A stretch of DNA of 64,000 bases, from positions 15,066,001 to 15,130,000 of the forward strand of contig JAQFVV010000009.1 of assembly GCA_028023455.1 (NCBI GenBank), in the 5' to 3' direction. A program made the translations under genes and the position numbers. The number at the start of each line of letters is the position of its first letter. The stretch's first letter is position 1. Below are positions 12,701-25,104 of the stretch, piece by piece. Below the pieces are notes generated by a model. That model did not search any database. It was not told the origin of the DNA and was given only the letters and a program-made list of their open reading frames with translations. The DNA comes from Epiperipatus broadwayi. Its lineage: Eukaryota; Animalia; Onychophora.

Positions 12701-14889
12701 CAGCTTATGAAAAAGAATAATTGAGTACTTGACGAATCAAGCAAAAGATACTTTAGTTTGGGAATATTATATCCATATATTGTGACAAAACAAATCTAAT
12801 AGCAGCTTGAATTAGTTACATTATAAAGTTGCATGAAAAAAGGTTAATAAACTCCTATGAATTAAGGAATAAATGCATAAATTATTGTGTGCAGCTACTA
12901 GATATAACATATGCATCATTCAAGTAAATTGCTTTAAAAAATTAAAAGAAAAATTATTTTATGTATTTAAATCCTACTATTAAATATTTTGTAATAGAAA
13001 GTTACTTTAATAGGTTAAAAATAATAAAATGATAAGTTGTATTATGTAAGAAGAAAAAATTTTGATGTGCACAGAAATTTTGAATTGTATAGTTTATAAA
13101 AATATAAAGTATTTTGTACTCTTTCTGATTTGCTTTTTATGAATGGAATTTTTATATAAAATACCTTGCACATTCTTATAGTAAAAAATGGCAAATCTAA
13201 ATATACCTTTGAAAATTTGGGATTACTAAAAATAAAAAAAGTTATCAATCAATTTTTAAAAGATGGTAACGATTTTTTTTTTCTTTCTGTTGTTAATGTA
13301 AATAAAAAAAGATAAAAGCTATTTTTTGTTCATTTAGTTATAAAGTAATAATATAAAATTATATGTAGAATTAGTTGTTTCCACATGTTGTGAAAGGAAT
13401 GAAGAAAATGTTTATCAATAAATATGTTGTAGATAAACAAATCTTATAATTAGCTTTTGATAAACCTATTATTTGGAAAATATCCATTGAGTACAGCAAC
13501 AAATGTGAACGACAGTCTGGGCTATAAATAATTCAGAAACAAACAATTGGGGATGTCTATTCTGGTCTATTTAAAGACTCAATTCTGGAAAGCAGTGATC
13601 TCATGCTGAGAAGAGAAACCACTGCTTAAAATCATTTCCTAACATAGTTTGGATTACAGCATTAGCCAGAAGACCATCTAGTATGTGTAGCTAGAAACCA
13701 GCAACCACATGATAAAACACCCAGAAATGCAATGATCCAGACTAAAGCTGAAGTCAGTTAAAACCAGCTATTGCCTGTTTTAATCATGCCATGAGGAAAA
13801 AGTGGATTGTATCATAAAATCCACCCCAATACTACTGTATATCCTATCTAACATCATCAGTGTTCAAGAATAACTACCATATTTGAATGAATTAATTAAG
13901 ATACTCATAAATATAGTAAACAAATTATATCTATAGAAAACATCCTTTGGAACTTTTTAAACTTTGCACTTGGTAAGATCTTATCAATATAATAATTCTA
14001 AGGCCTTAAGTTTAAAATGTCTCATAATTATCTTTACTATTTTGTACATTATACTTAGTAATAGTTGCAAGTATATAAGCAATAATTTTATATATTTGTT
14101 AATAAATTAACTTTTCTTTTATTAATCTATTTAGTTTGTGTTTGCTTATTGAACTCACTCCAAACATTATTCTATTCATTATGCTATTAATATCCATAAC
14201 CTTTATCGTGTAATTCATTAGCAGATATGAAGGAATAATGGTAATAATTTATAAATGATCAGATGTTAATAAGTTTTCCAAAAGTAAATTTTCTATTTAG
14301 AAGACTTCGTGCTTTAAAATGTAATTTATTTTATTGAAACTAGAAAAACAAATTTGAAATACTTTTGGAAGGACTTGTACTTAATTTAATCTTCAATGCA
14401 TTATCATAGATGTTTAGTTTTATTGTGTGTGTTTGAATTTAATCATTTTTATTTGAATGTATATTAACCAGTAAATATAAATATTTATTTAGAATCAAAA
14501 TTTACTGTTTCATATTTATGTATATTGGAAAAGTCTAAAATTATTGTTACAATATATATACACACATGTCCTTGACTATATGAATTAAAAAAGGATGAGT
14601 TGTTTGTTATGTGTCATGCAAGATGTTTTAATAATTTTCAAATCAAAAATAAAATAGATTCCCTGATCAGTTTAGTCCAATAATGTGAGTGATACAGTTA
14701 AGAGTTAAAAATTACTTGGTTAAAACTCAGATGACAAGAATTTAAAAAAATATTAGTCAGTTGAATGAAACTACTGTACTCAGTCAATGATTTTGCAATT
14801 TCAATGTCACCTCCCATGCAACTGACCTTAACGTAAATAAAGAAGGAAAAATATAATAAGACTTTTTATCTCCCTTGTGTATTTGAAAA

Positions 14890-14982
14890 AATAAAGTAAC
14901 CCTATTGCAGTTCAAAGATATTTCAATAGCATCTGCCCCCCCCCAATAAAGTAACCCTATTGCAGTTCAAAGATATTTCAAT
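14890..14982. repeat. ~40-bp direct repeat flanking gcatctg + poly-C
   Basis: aataaagtaaccctattgcagttcaaagatatttcaata occurs at ~14890 and ~14944. Confidence 0.9.
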
Positions 14983-17900
14983 ATCTCTTTACAAGTGTTA
15001 GGAAATTCTGGGACTAAATACCCCCCCCCCCCCCAATTGCTAATTAATGAGAGTTTGCGTTTATATTTAATAAATATTAATCAACACAACTTTTTTTAAA
15101 AATAATTTATTGCTTACACAAGATACATATCGAATTAACTAAAAATTGCTAAAATGAGTATAAAATCAACATTATATTTATAAACTGACAAAATTATATT
15201 TCGCGTTTACAAATCATATAAGCTAAATTAATTAATTTTCAGTATGGTTATAAAAATAATTAACATTCAAAATTTCTTTAAATATATTTTACGATTTTAA
15301 AAAGTTATCAGTAATTCAATTTATTTATTTAAAAACTTATAATCAACGACAAATCTTAAAATAAATATGAATAAAAATATGAAAATGACTGTTAAAGAAC
15401 TAAAATATTTATGTGGATGCTTCCAGAGAATATTACAATTTATATGACTAGAAAATCCAAAGATGAAATGGTTAGATAAATAACTTTGAACAAAGCTTTT
15501 TCCATCAATTCCAGGTCATAAAAACTGGAATACACAAATCAAAACTACCCAAATAGCCTTTCTATGATTACCGCAGGTTATTAAGCAGTTAGAGCTCATG
15601 GACTGATGGGGGGAGGGGCTTCGTATTTATAAGCATAGAAAAGCAGAAAACTGTCTAGTTTTTAAAAGAGTTGATACAAACGATCATAAGTTGCATTTTT
15701 TCTTTCTCCAACACGGCTTTGTTAAATCTCCTATAAAACGTAAATCCTTTCCTGAAGGGGCTATGATAAATTATGAGTTTAGTTTCTCAGATAACGACAC
15801 AAAATATGAAATATCAAAATCTTGTCGTTTAAATAAGTCGTAGCATTTATCTTTTAAACATAATAGATCAGATGTTTTATGCATTAGAATAAATATTAAA
15901 CCAAATACGTATACATTCTGTCGCATTATATCTTCATCTTCATTTTTAAAGATTATCATGATAATTTTTAAATGTTCAACTAAAAAAAAAAAAAAAATCT
16001 AGATAGTATTGATATATAGACTTCTTTCTCAGGATTGATGTTTCAAAGAAATAAATTAATCTGCAGCATAATCAAAACTTAGAAAATCAACAGTCTAAAT
16101 AAAACCTTTGTACTTTAACAATTTAATTTTATTAAATGTTATAACATAAATAATAAATATTTGTTAATAAAATAGATATTATTTACTAAAATGCTTTAAT
16201 AATAAATTAGAAGTTAATAATTAATAACTCACCAGGGGATACAATCTTATCAAAATTAATGTAGTGAAAAGTTTGTATGCTTTGAAGGAACTGAATTCTA
16301 TATCTGAAAATAGCTTAGCAACTAGTAGAGCTACCCAAGTTGGGCAGATCTCAATAGCGAAGCTAGATAAGAATTCACAATGGCTCATATGCAGAAGGTC
16401 AACACCCATCCAGATTACCTGATGTCATATCCAGTATATGTGAAATAAAAGAAAATGATAACCGAATGCAGAGAAATGGTGTCAATCACGTAATTTCCAC
16501 ACACACACACAAATTTTAAAATCTTTATTAAATTAATTTAGTTAAGAAAATATACAAAAAATTGAAAATTGATGATAGGGAAAAATCATTTCTCTCACTC
16601 TATCCACCAATATATGCAGTAAATTAGAGATATGGCTTTTTTAATAATGACTAATTTCTAGCTAACTGCCCTCTTCCATAACAGAAAACACCATTATTAA
16701 TGTAAACTGAAATAAAATAAAAATGAATAGAAAACATGTGCATATATGTATATTGTAATATACAATGTTAAATTTATGATTAAAAAATTTTTTGATATAA
16801 AATCAATGGGAAAATTAAATGGCCTAAAAGAAAATTCATTCAGACTAGATATATAAATATATAGACACAAGCAACCAAACTTTCAGCTCTATTTGGAAGA
16901 AATAAGCAGACTCAATGATTTATATAAATTTGAAGAAAAAAAATTAGAATAAATTGTATTAAAAGATTAACAGCAGTTGCAGACCAGATTAGAAATATTT
17001 TATAAATTAGTTTTCGAATTATGGAAAGGCCATAACATAAGATGTATTTTACGTTAATCACTCAAAAGTTAAAATTCATTATTTAATATGTATTCTAAAA
17101 TATATAATATTAAAATTACAAAGTCAGAGTTTAAAAATTTCTAATAGTGAAATCTAATCACGATTCAAAAAAAAAAAGATTGTAATTTGGTATAATGTAT
17201 TTTCTATCACTATAGATCAAACGTTTGCAAAAACAAAATCTTATTTTAGTTGTAATTATTTTAATTAAGGTAGCAGTGGATGTGGCCTCTAAAACAAACA
17301 TTTCTTTATAGCAATTTATGAACAGTTTGAATTGTTTAAAAAAAAACAGACCAAAATATTTGTTCTTAAATTGTATGATGTTGATTCTCAACTATATATA
17401 ATATAAGGTAAGAATTTTTGTTTTACGATTCAGTGCTAAAAGTGTATCCTTGAATAAATGAATAAAAGAAAAACTAAATTATGAAAACTTCTAATATCTT
17501 ACTACTTTTAGTCAAAAACTATAATGAAGGTACACTTTATACAAATTTATATAATTTTTCTTCTAATAAATTAAAATCCATAAAACAGCTTCACTATGAT
17601 TAAATGGTTTACAAATGTGGTGACATCATAAAATTTTTTAGTATATTTAAATTTTCTTCAATTAATAATCTTTAGATTCATACACTAAATGAATTATATA
17701 TATAGTACTGGTTTAAACTATCTTCAAACTGTTTACAAAAATGCTGAAGTGACAATATTCTTCATAAGAAATTATAGACAATAAATTTACTTTTCTTTAA
17801 ATAAACAAATATTTAAAGAGTTTATTAATCAGATCATATAAAGTTCAAATATTGGAAATGATAGACTGGAATCACGATTCATAAATTTTCAGCATTCTTT

Positions 17901-18765
17901 AAACCACTTAAAAGTCTTTAATTAATAATCTTTTTAAGAAAATTAAATATTTATTATAAAATAACTTTTTCAAAGCTGAAAAATTTGCTAAAGCAGAAAA
18001 GTTCAGAAATCAAATGTTTTGAATTCTGGCCAATTTTTTAATGATATAAAAAACATGTTGATAAGTGAGAATTAATTTTATTAATTACAGACTATGAATA
18101 ATAGCACATTTGTAATAAATTGTCCAATTTTATTGATTTTTATATAGCAGCACAAAATTTTTTTTCACAATTAAATGGTAATTAATTTTTTGTCAACATT
18201 CCATACACAATAAAATATTTTAATTTCAGGTATTTTTAAATTTGAAGTTGAATAATTTAGATAAAATATACACGTGTATAAGTCAATGGATATTTAAAAA
18301 TCACTGAAACATTAATAAAGTCATATATAAATTTTTATTAAATAAAATCTACATGGCTTTGCAATACAAAAAATTGGCAGTGAGCATTTATAAAATTCTT
18401 GAACAATTTGAATTTCACTTCAGTCTAAGATATATTCAGTACTTATTAAAAACAAAAATGTATTAAACTTAATGTTTATTTAAAGACATTTTAGCAATAG
18501 ACTCTAATAAATATACAATGCAGCTTACTTTATGTAACTTTTTCACAGATAGTTTTAGCTACTTTATAGTTAAATCAATTGGCATTATATGCGATACAAT
18601 CAGTATCTATAGTTAAACCAAAAAAAAAAAAAAAAATGCTAAGGAAATGTGCTAACTTAATAATCCTTAATGAGTAATAAATAATACAAAGAACATTTTA
18701 TTCCTAAATTTTTAAGCCCAATTTTATTGTTTTTGATATATTTCATCTGCTTTCAGGAAATCACA

Positions 18766-19230
18766 TCATCATCAAAAATTATCAGTCAAACATTAAGTTC
18801 TGCACCTAAATTTGACAAACTTTTCCAAATCTTGCTGTTCTTTGCTTTCTTTTTCAAACATCCACAGTTATTCCCTTCCATTAGGTCATTAATCAAACCT
18901 TTTCTTCTTATTCTTTCATAATTCCTTTACCTTTAAATGCATACCTAATCCAATTCTTTTTCTACTTCACAATTCCTAATTTTTTTTTTTATGTACTCTT
19001 TTCAAGATTGCTAGCTATCCTTCCAATTTAATTTATTTTTCTCCAGACCAGATATCAAAACCCTCCAACCTTTTTTTTTTTAACTTTTCCCAAATTTCAT
19101 AATTTTTTCTATATCTTAAAGCTATATTTCAAATCAAAACTTTTAACAAGCTGCTTTCTTAAATCTAACTTTAATGAGCCACAAATTAACTATTATATTA
19201 TTAAGCCATTGCAATTTTTTATTATTGAGT
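18766..19230 (-). mobile_element. Decayed RTE-type LINE 3' fragment
   Basis: The minus strand gives fragments such as FDIWSG, NWIRYAFKGKGIMK and KKKAKNSKIWKSL, and ends in (TGA)n at ~18770, typical of an RTE 3' end. Many stops and frameshifts. Confidence 0.5.
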
Positions 19231-19964
19231 CTGATTTTTTAATTTATTTAAAAATAAACAATTTGTTTAAACAACAAACAAACAAATATTTAGATCAAAA
19301 CTAACTCTTTGGATCACTCAAAAATGTAAAATTTATATTTATAAATAAAAAGTTGCGGATTGTCATTAAAGCATACTTAAGATGAATATTCAACTTTTTT
19401 TAAAATCAGCTAGTGACTTTTAAAACTAATTATGCAAGTTTATTATTAAAGTGTTTCAATCACCTTTATATTTGAACCAAAGCCATTTATTTGTTCGCTT
19501 ATAACTAATCTAAAATGTTACAAAGTTATTATTTATTACATACTGTTTATATATTTTGTTTTAATCAAATGGTATTTACATCTAGTACTTACAATAACAA
19601 CAAAAAAGATTTATCTTAATCGTTTTACCGATATTATTTTTTAAAATTTATAGATAATTCTCTTTATAAGACCATTATACATAAATCTGTAATAACAGGC
19701 ACATACATTCATTATGGAGTATCATTATGATATAAAGAATGTAATTATAAATATTATTTTTATAGCATTTATAGTATTATATATATACTGATAGTGTAAA
19801 ATATTTAATAAATTTAAAAATATTCCCAACTCAGTTTTCTTTTTAGAAATAATTAATAAAATTCAATATATATTATTCAAAACACCAACCTCTTTTTAAA
19901 TCTTGTTTTTATATGATTATTATAAAAATATACATCAACGGTTCGACTATTTAATATTATAATC

Positions 19965-20036
19965 TTTTTTTTTTTTCATGTGTCATAGCACTGGCCGGGA
20001 AGCTAACCTGCGAACCCGGGACAACTGCTTGTAAGA
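19965..20036 (-). mobile_element. 5'-truncated tRNA-Gly(UCC)-derived SINE-like retroposon, copy 1
   Basis: Minus strand TCTTACAAGCAGTTGTCCCGGGTTCG[caggttagc]TTCCCGGCCAGTGC-TATGACACATG-A12 aligns to the 3' half of eukaryotic tRNA-Gly(UCC) as recalled (CCTTCCAAGCAGTTGACCCGGGTTCGATTCCCGGCCAACGCA). It is absent from the matching arm at 21381. Confidence 0.8.
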
Positions 20037-20120
20037 CATTAAGAAAACTGAAAAATAAAAATATATAATAAATATAAATATCAGATATTCCAAACAATCC
20101 CAAATATATATCTAATACTC

Positions 20121-20234
20121 TTTTTTTTTCATATGTCATAGCATTGGCCAGGAGGCGAACCCGCAACAACCGTCTGCAACCAACTGCTTGCTTGCAAGGT
20201 GGCTGCGCTGACCTCTTGGCTAACAACGCTTGAC
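20121..20234 (-). mobile_element. Full-length tRNA-Gly-derived SINE-like retroposon, copy 2
   Basis: Minus strand gtcaa-GCGTTGTTAGCCAAGAGGTCAGCGCAGCCACCTTGCAAGC...GCGGGTTCGCCTCCTGGCCAATGC-TATGACATATG-A9. It has A-box-like TAGCCAAGAGG, B-box-like GGTTCGCCTCC, a GCGTTG/CAATGC acceptor stem and the same 11-nt tail as copy 1. It is absent from the matching arm at ~21303. Confidence 0.82.
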
Positions 20235-20611
20235 ATACTTCAAACCCTTTCTATTACAACAATCTCAAAACCTATCACATTTTTTTATACCTGTACACTT
20301 TATTTAAAAATACTTTAAAAAACATTTAATTAAAAAAAATCTATTATCTTATTTTTTTCTTTCTTTTCTATTAATTCAGATTTAATTTCACTAATGTAAT
20401 TTTCTCCCTTTATTATTCTTTTATTATATGATTTTATATATTCCAAAGGCTTTATTTCAAAAACTTTATGTTTAAACTTAGTCAAATGATCACAAACAGC
20501 AGAATTTTTATCATTTAAATGCTGTTTTAATCAGATGTTGATAATCATAGTAAGATAAATATTAATAATAATATAATTCAAAGAGCAATTAAATTATGTT
20601 CTAATAATAAT

Positions 20612-21184
20612 TTGTTTAAGAATAAAATTAATATAAAACATGAATGTTATGTAAAAGATTATCCTAATGAAATTATTAAAGATTTGTTTTCTAATAAAAA
20701 TATTGATAAAATAAAGACTAGAATAAAATTAAATAGGAATAATAATAGTAGAAAGATAATTTATATTGCTTTCAATATTTCAAAGGATGTGTTTATTAAA
20801 ATTAGGAAATTATTTAATATGATTAATAAGAAATATAATATTTTTATTTGTCCTGTTTATAAAAAGAAAACAAGTTTATTAATTAATGATAATAGGGATT
20901 ATAATAATTTAGAAATTATGAATTCGGTTTATATAATAAAATGTTTGAAATGTTTTAAAAATAAAAAAGAGATTTCATATGTTGGGACTACAAAAAATAA
21001 ATTAGCAACTAGATTAAAAGAGTATTTAAATGATAAAAATTCTGCTGTTTATGATCATAAACATAAAGATTTTGAAATAGAGCCTTTGGAATGTATAAAA
21101 TCATACTATGAAAAAAATAAGAAAAAAGGAATTTACATTAGTGAAATTAAAACTAAATTGAATAGAATGATAATGGAAAAGTAA
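20612..21184 (+). pseudogene. PLE GIY-YIG endonuclease remnant ORF
   Basis: Motifs VYIIKC, YVGTT, LxTRLKE and SAVYDH match PLE GIY-YIG endonucleases; the RT is missing through 5' truncation. Confidence 0.85.
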
Positions 21185-21378
21185 GAAAGAAGATAATAGA
21201 TTTTTTTAATTAAATGGTTTTTAGGGTATTTTTAAATAAAATATATAAGTATAAACAATGTAATAAGGTTTGGAGATTGTTGTAATAGAAAGGGTTTGAG
21301 GTATAGAGTATTATATATATTTGGGAGATTGTTTGAAATATTTGATATTTATTGTTATATATTTTTATTTTTCAGTTT

Positions 21379-21415
21379 CCTTGATAAAAACTATAGTAAA
21401 TAGTCAAAATGTTGG
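21379..21415 (+). ncRNA. Degenerate minimal hammerhead motif (U3/A8-type core)
   Basis: CC TTGATAA A AACTAT-agtaa-ATAGTC AAAA TG TT GG. The inverted arm preserves ATAGTC GAAC CG TT GA (19935-19950, minus), giving a consensus GAAA CG. G12 is mutated here, so this copy is probably inactive. Confidence 0.55.
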
Positions 21416-21530
21416 TGTATATTTATGTAATTTTATAATAATCATATAAAAACAAGATTTAAAAAGAAGGTGGTGTATTGAATTATATTTAGTTTAAGCA
21501 ACAAATTAATTTTACATATATTAAAAAATT

Positions 21531-23924
21531 GGTGCTGATATAGTATGCATTCGATGCCATTTTGAATTTTATAACTCACCCAAAATCCTCACTGACACAT
21601 TCAAGTGATAAATGACATTGATTATTAACCATACTAATCATGAAGGTCATTATATAACAATTGTACTTTATTTTTAAATTTAATGTACACCTGTTTCTTT
21701 TTGTGCAGATTTTTTTAGTGTGACTTTGAAGTTATGTGATTCATGTTTCTTCTTAATATCTTTTTATGCAGTTTTCTTTTATGCAATAAAGAAGTTCATA
21801 TTTCACTTAAAATCGGGATTTCCCCATTTTATATACACACATTATATTTTACTTTAAATTCCTGTTGGAAAAAGGTTTGGCAATAAATTTAAATACTGTA
21901 GAAGATTTACAAAAAGATAATGAAACAGAAGTGGAACCTTGTTTGTTTCACTACAAAAATGATTCAAGAAAGTCAACTTTTTAATCAATTGGACAATAAT
22001 TTTCTTGTTAATGACATGAATTATGACTGAGCTCTTAAATTCCAATGAGAGCTAAATAGTTGTATGTCTGGATATCGTGAGCTTCACAAACAATTAGTAA
22101 AATCATTGTCTCAAAGTTTAATCACCGATTACATTGTTGACAGAAAACCATTAACTTTTAGACTGAAAATTTTTTTATTGGCTGAGTGAATAAAGTTTTG
22201 AACTTTTGACTGGTTCAATTACAGAATCAGTAAAAATATATTCATTTTATAATATTAGATTTGTTTGTAAAAAGCAAATTAATAATTTGTCAGATTATGA
22301 AAGTTTTTTCAAAAATAAATTTCTATTTATAATTATAAAAATATTCTATAGCAGAGAACCTAAAAAGGACATTCATAACCTATTAGAAAATGCTGTATAC
22401 ATCATTGATTTCTTTCTCAATTTACATTCATGTAAAAGTAAAGAATTTTTACTAAAATCTTAACTATTTTTCTAAAATAATTATATTTTCAGCATATTTT
22501 ATCAAAATAATTTATAATATGTGAAAAATATGAAAAAATATTCTAAAATATATATTTTCATTTTGAATAGCAAAACAAAGAACTTGGAACTGTCAAAATT
22601 CTTGCAAAGTGCTCCTTTTGTTCAAAATGAGCAACAACAAATCAGCACCTTATGGTACATTTTAAGCTTTAAAAATTCACTATGATAACAAAAATTGATG
22701 GTTTTAGAGTGACTTGAAGCCATGAATAAAAATTTTCAGTTGATGCACCCATTTGGTTAATTAAACACAGCAAAAGTTGGTGCAAATTGTATTTCCTCTT
22801 GTGACAAATCTGATTTCTTATCAGTTCACAAATGTACCCACATATTGTCAAATAACGATAATAATTAAAATATGTATGAAAAAATGTAAAATAAATTACA
22901 CATAAAACATATTGTTTTGAATAAAATTAAATAGTTAATAAAAAAAGTAAAAAAAGTTTGTCTTGTATCAATTTTTTTCAAATATTTAAAAATTTTTATT
23001 AGTCATACTTTATTTTCTTATTTTTTTATGTGAATTTTAAAGTAATTTTACCTTGTTGCTTTGCTTTTAAGTGATTTTTGAAAATTATGGAACATATCCC
23101 GCATTTTTCAATGTAAGTTAAGTCTATTTTTGTTCAATTTCTTTTATGTGGGTTTTTTTGCAGAACCTATCTAGCACATAAAAAGAGACCCAGGTGTATT
23201 CATAATCATCTAGCCAATTTGAATTAATCCGCATTCTTTATCTTCTAGTTAAGAAACAAAATATTGAAAAAAAAAACTTAAACTAGTTTTTGGTAAACAC
23301 AAGTGCATGTACCACTTAAATATGTATTAGGTAACTACTAAAAACAATATTAATAAGATTATGGAGTTTATATTACTTTAAAAAAAAACCTTCAAGTGAT
23401 CAACAGTAGCGAACAAAGAATTTCTGATAAAAAAAACTAAAATCCTATTATTTATAAAAATAATATGCTGCATTTTGTATTTTATAAGATATAATCTTTT
23501 GGCATATTAATGAAAAGTAGATTAATTAGGTTTTTTATTTTTTTTTAAAAAAGATAGAAAACTTAATTGCCTTTTGATTTCTTTCATAGGCTTATAACAA
23601 ACGTAAACTGCATTTTGACTTTTGAAAGATTTATGTAAATTGTGATAAGTATGTTAATGCAAAGTATTTATTTACACTATTTGATTTTTTATTAAATGTT
23701 AAATATTGATCAAAATTAGGATTTTGATTTTAAAATATTTGATGACAATTGCAAACTTTGCATTTTGATTTTTTAATTAATGATGAAATTTGCGATTTTG
23801 TAACTTTCTTTTTTTGAAACCACATGTTGATAATTGATGTTAATTATCGCTTGAATAAGTCAGTGGGGACTTTGGATGAGTTATAAAATTCAAAATGGCA
23901 TTGAGTGCATACTATATCGGCACC
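21531..23924. mobile_element. Non-autonomous or decayed DNA transposon with ~100-bp TIRs (hAT- or MULE-like)
   Basis: Left GGTGCTGATATAGTATGCATTCGATGCCATTTTGAATTTTATAACTCA matches the reverse complement ending at 23924. The flanks aaaaaatt and aaaaaatc form a 7/8 candidate TSD. Subterminal (g)cattttgatttt repeats lie at 23.6-23.8 kb. Confidence 0.8.
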
Positions 23925-24844
23925 AAAAAATCATTTTTTTTTAAAACATAAATCATATACAGTTTATATTATAAAACAATAAAAATAATGCATATAACAT
24001 TTCATTCATATACTCTGAATCATTATCAAGGTTTTATAACATTATACTGATCTTTCACTTTTCCCTACTACATTCAGAATTAAGTTTTTCATCTAACTGT
24101 TTTATAATTATCTTATTTAATTTTATACTTTATTTCAGTAAACATTATTTTGATTTTTATTTCTATATTTTTTTAAATTAAATGTCATTATACTTATTCT
24201 TTACATATCTATTAATTAATAATTGTTTTTGTTTTATTTATTTCTTTTTGTTAACATTTATATTCATTTTAAAACATATATTTAAAATTTTTATTCAACA
24301 ATCTTTTTTGTTATTATTAAATTCATTATTAATCAAATTAATATCTTTAAATATTTTTAATTCCATTTATTTTGTTTCTTATAATTCTCTTATTTAATTT
24401 TTTATTTAGTAATCTTCTTAAATATTTTTGGCCATGTCTTAGTTCTATTTTTCCCCCATAGACTATGGTTAAAACATAGTTTACATGTTAATAAACAAAT
24501 TTTATAAAGAAAAATAAAGGTTTTTTCAATATATATCATTATGGATGGATCATTTTAAAAGAAGAAAAGGCAATAATATTAATTATTTTTTATTTATTAA
24601 TGATATTAATATTTGTCATTAATAATTTCAGACTAATTTTATTTCTTTAATGGACCATGTTAAAAAAAATGGAGCTAACCTTCTTCCATTTATTAACAGA
24701 AAAGTAATTGTCTTAGTAAAAAAATAATAATTATTATTAAAAAGAGAGATTTGAACTTACAATTTTCAGACTATATTCAACCTCCACTCCATCTCAAACA
24801 ACTGATACACATGATCACACACATGTGAAAAAGATAAATGATCT

Positions 24845-24886
24845 CCAATATACATATTTCGTGCAGAACCAGCTCTCATCAGTTGG
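24845..24886 (-). ncRNA. Type-I hammerhead ribozyme motif, intact catalytic core
   Basis: Minus strand CCAA CTGATGA GAGC-tggttct-GCAC GAAA TATGTA TA^TTGG. It has a 4-bp stem I (CCAA/TTGG), the canonical CUGAUGA and GAAA, a near-palindromic stem III and a UA cleavage site. Stem II has one mismatch. Confidence 0.83.
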
Positions 24887-25062
24887 GCTAAATCATAATC
24901 TCCCACACATATATACAATTACTGCTCAGCTTATATTAAGATAGCAAATCCTTAAACTTTAAGTGACAGGTTTCAATCTTCTTACCTTAAAATTTAAGAA
25001 ATTGCTATCTTAATATAAGCAGAGCATTGATTGTGTATATGTATAGGATATTATGAACTGGT

Positions 25063-25104
25063 CCAATTGATGAGTACTGATTCTGCACAAAATACATATA
25101 TTGG
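25063..25104 (+). ncRNA. Degenerate hammerhead motif, mirror copy
   Basis: CCAA TTGATGA GTAC-tgattct-GCAC AAAA TACATA TA TTGG. With the left copy it gives an ancestral stem II GTGC/GCAC and stem III TACGTA. Confidence 0.72.

Larger units (their letters stand above)
19868..21488 (+). mobile_element. 5'-truncated Penelope-like element (RT C-terminus + GIY-YIG endonuclease) with inverted terminal-repeat copy
   Basis: In frame upstream of ORF 20612-21184 is NIIQRAIKLCS...KDYPNEII (PLE RT C-terminal region). The ORF has VYIIKCLKC...SYVGTTKNKLATRLKEY (GIY-YIG). 19868-20375 is the reverse complement of 21180-21488 apart from two inserts. Confidence 0.9.

Noticed and set aside
12480-12720. Possible RTE 3' stub (GIIEVLFEETVKERRG)
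   Set aside because: Too short and decayed to call.
16221-16440. ORFs on both strands with a minus-strand GTGAGT donor
   Set aside because: No recognisable protein or partner exon; cannot be supported without RNA data.
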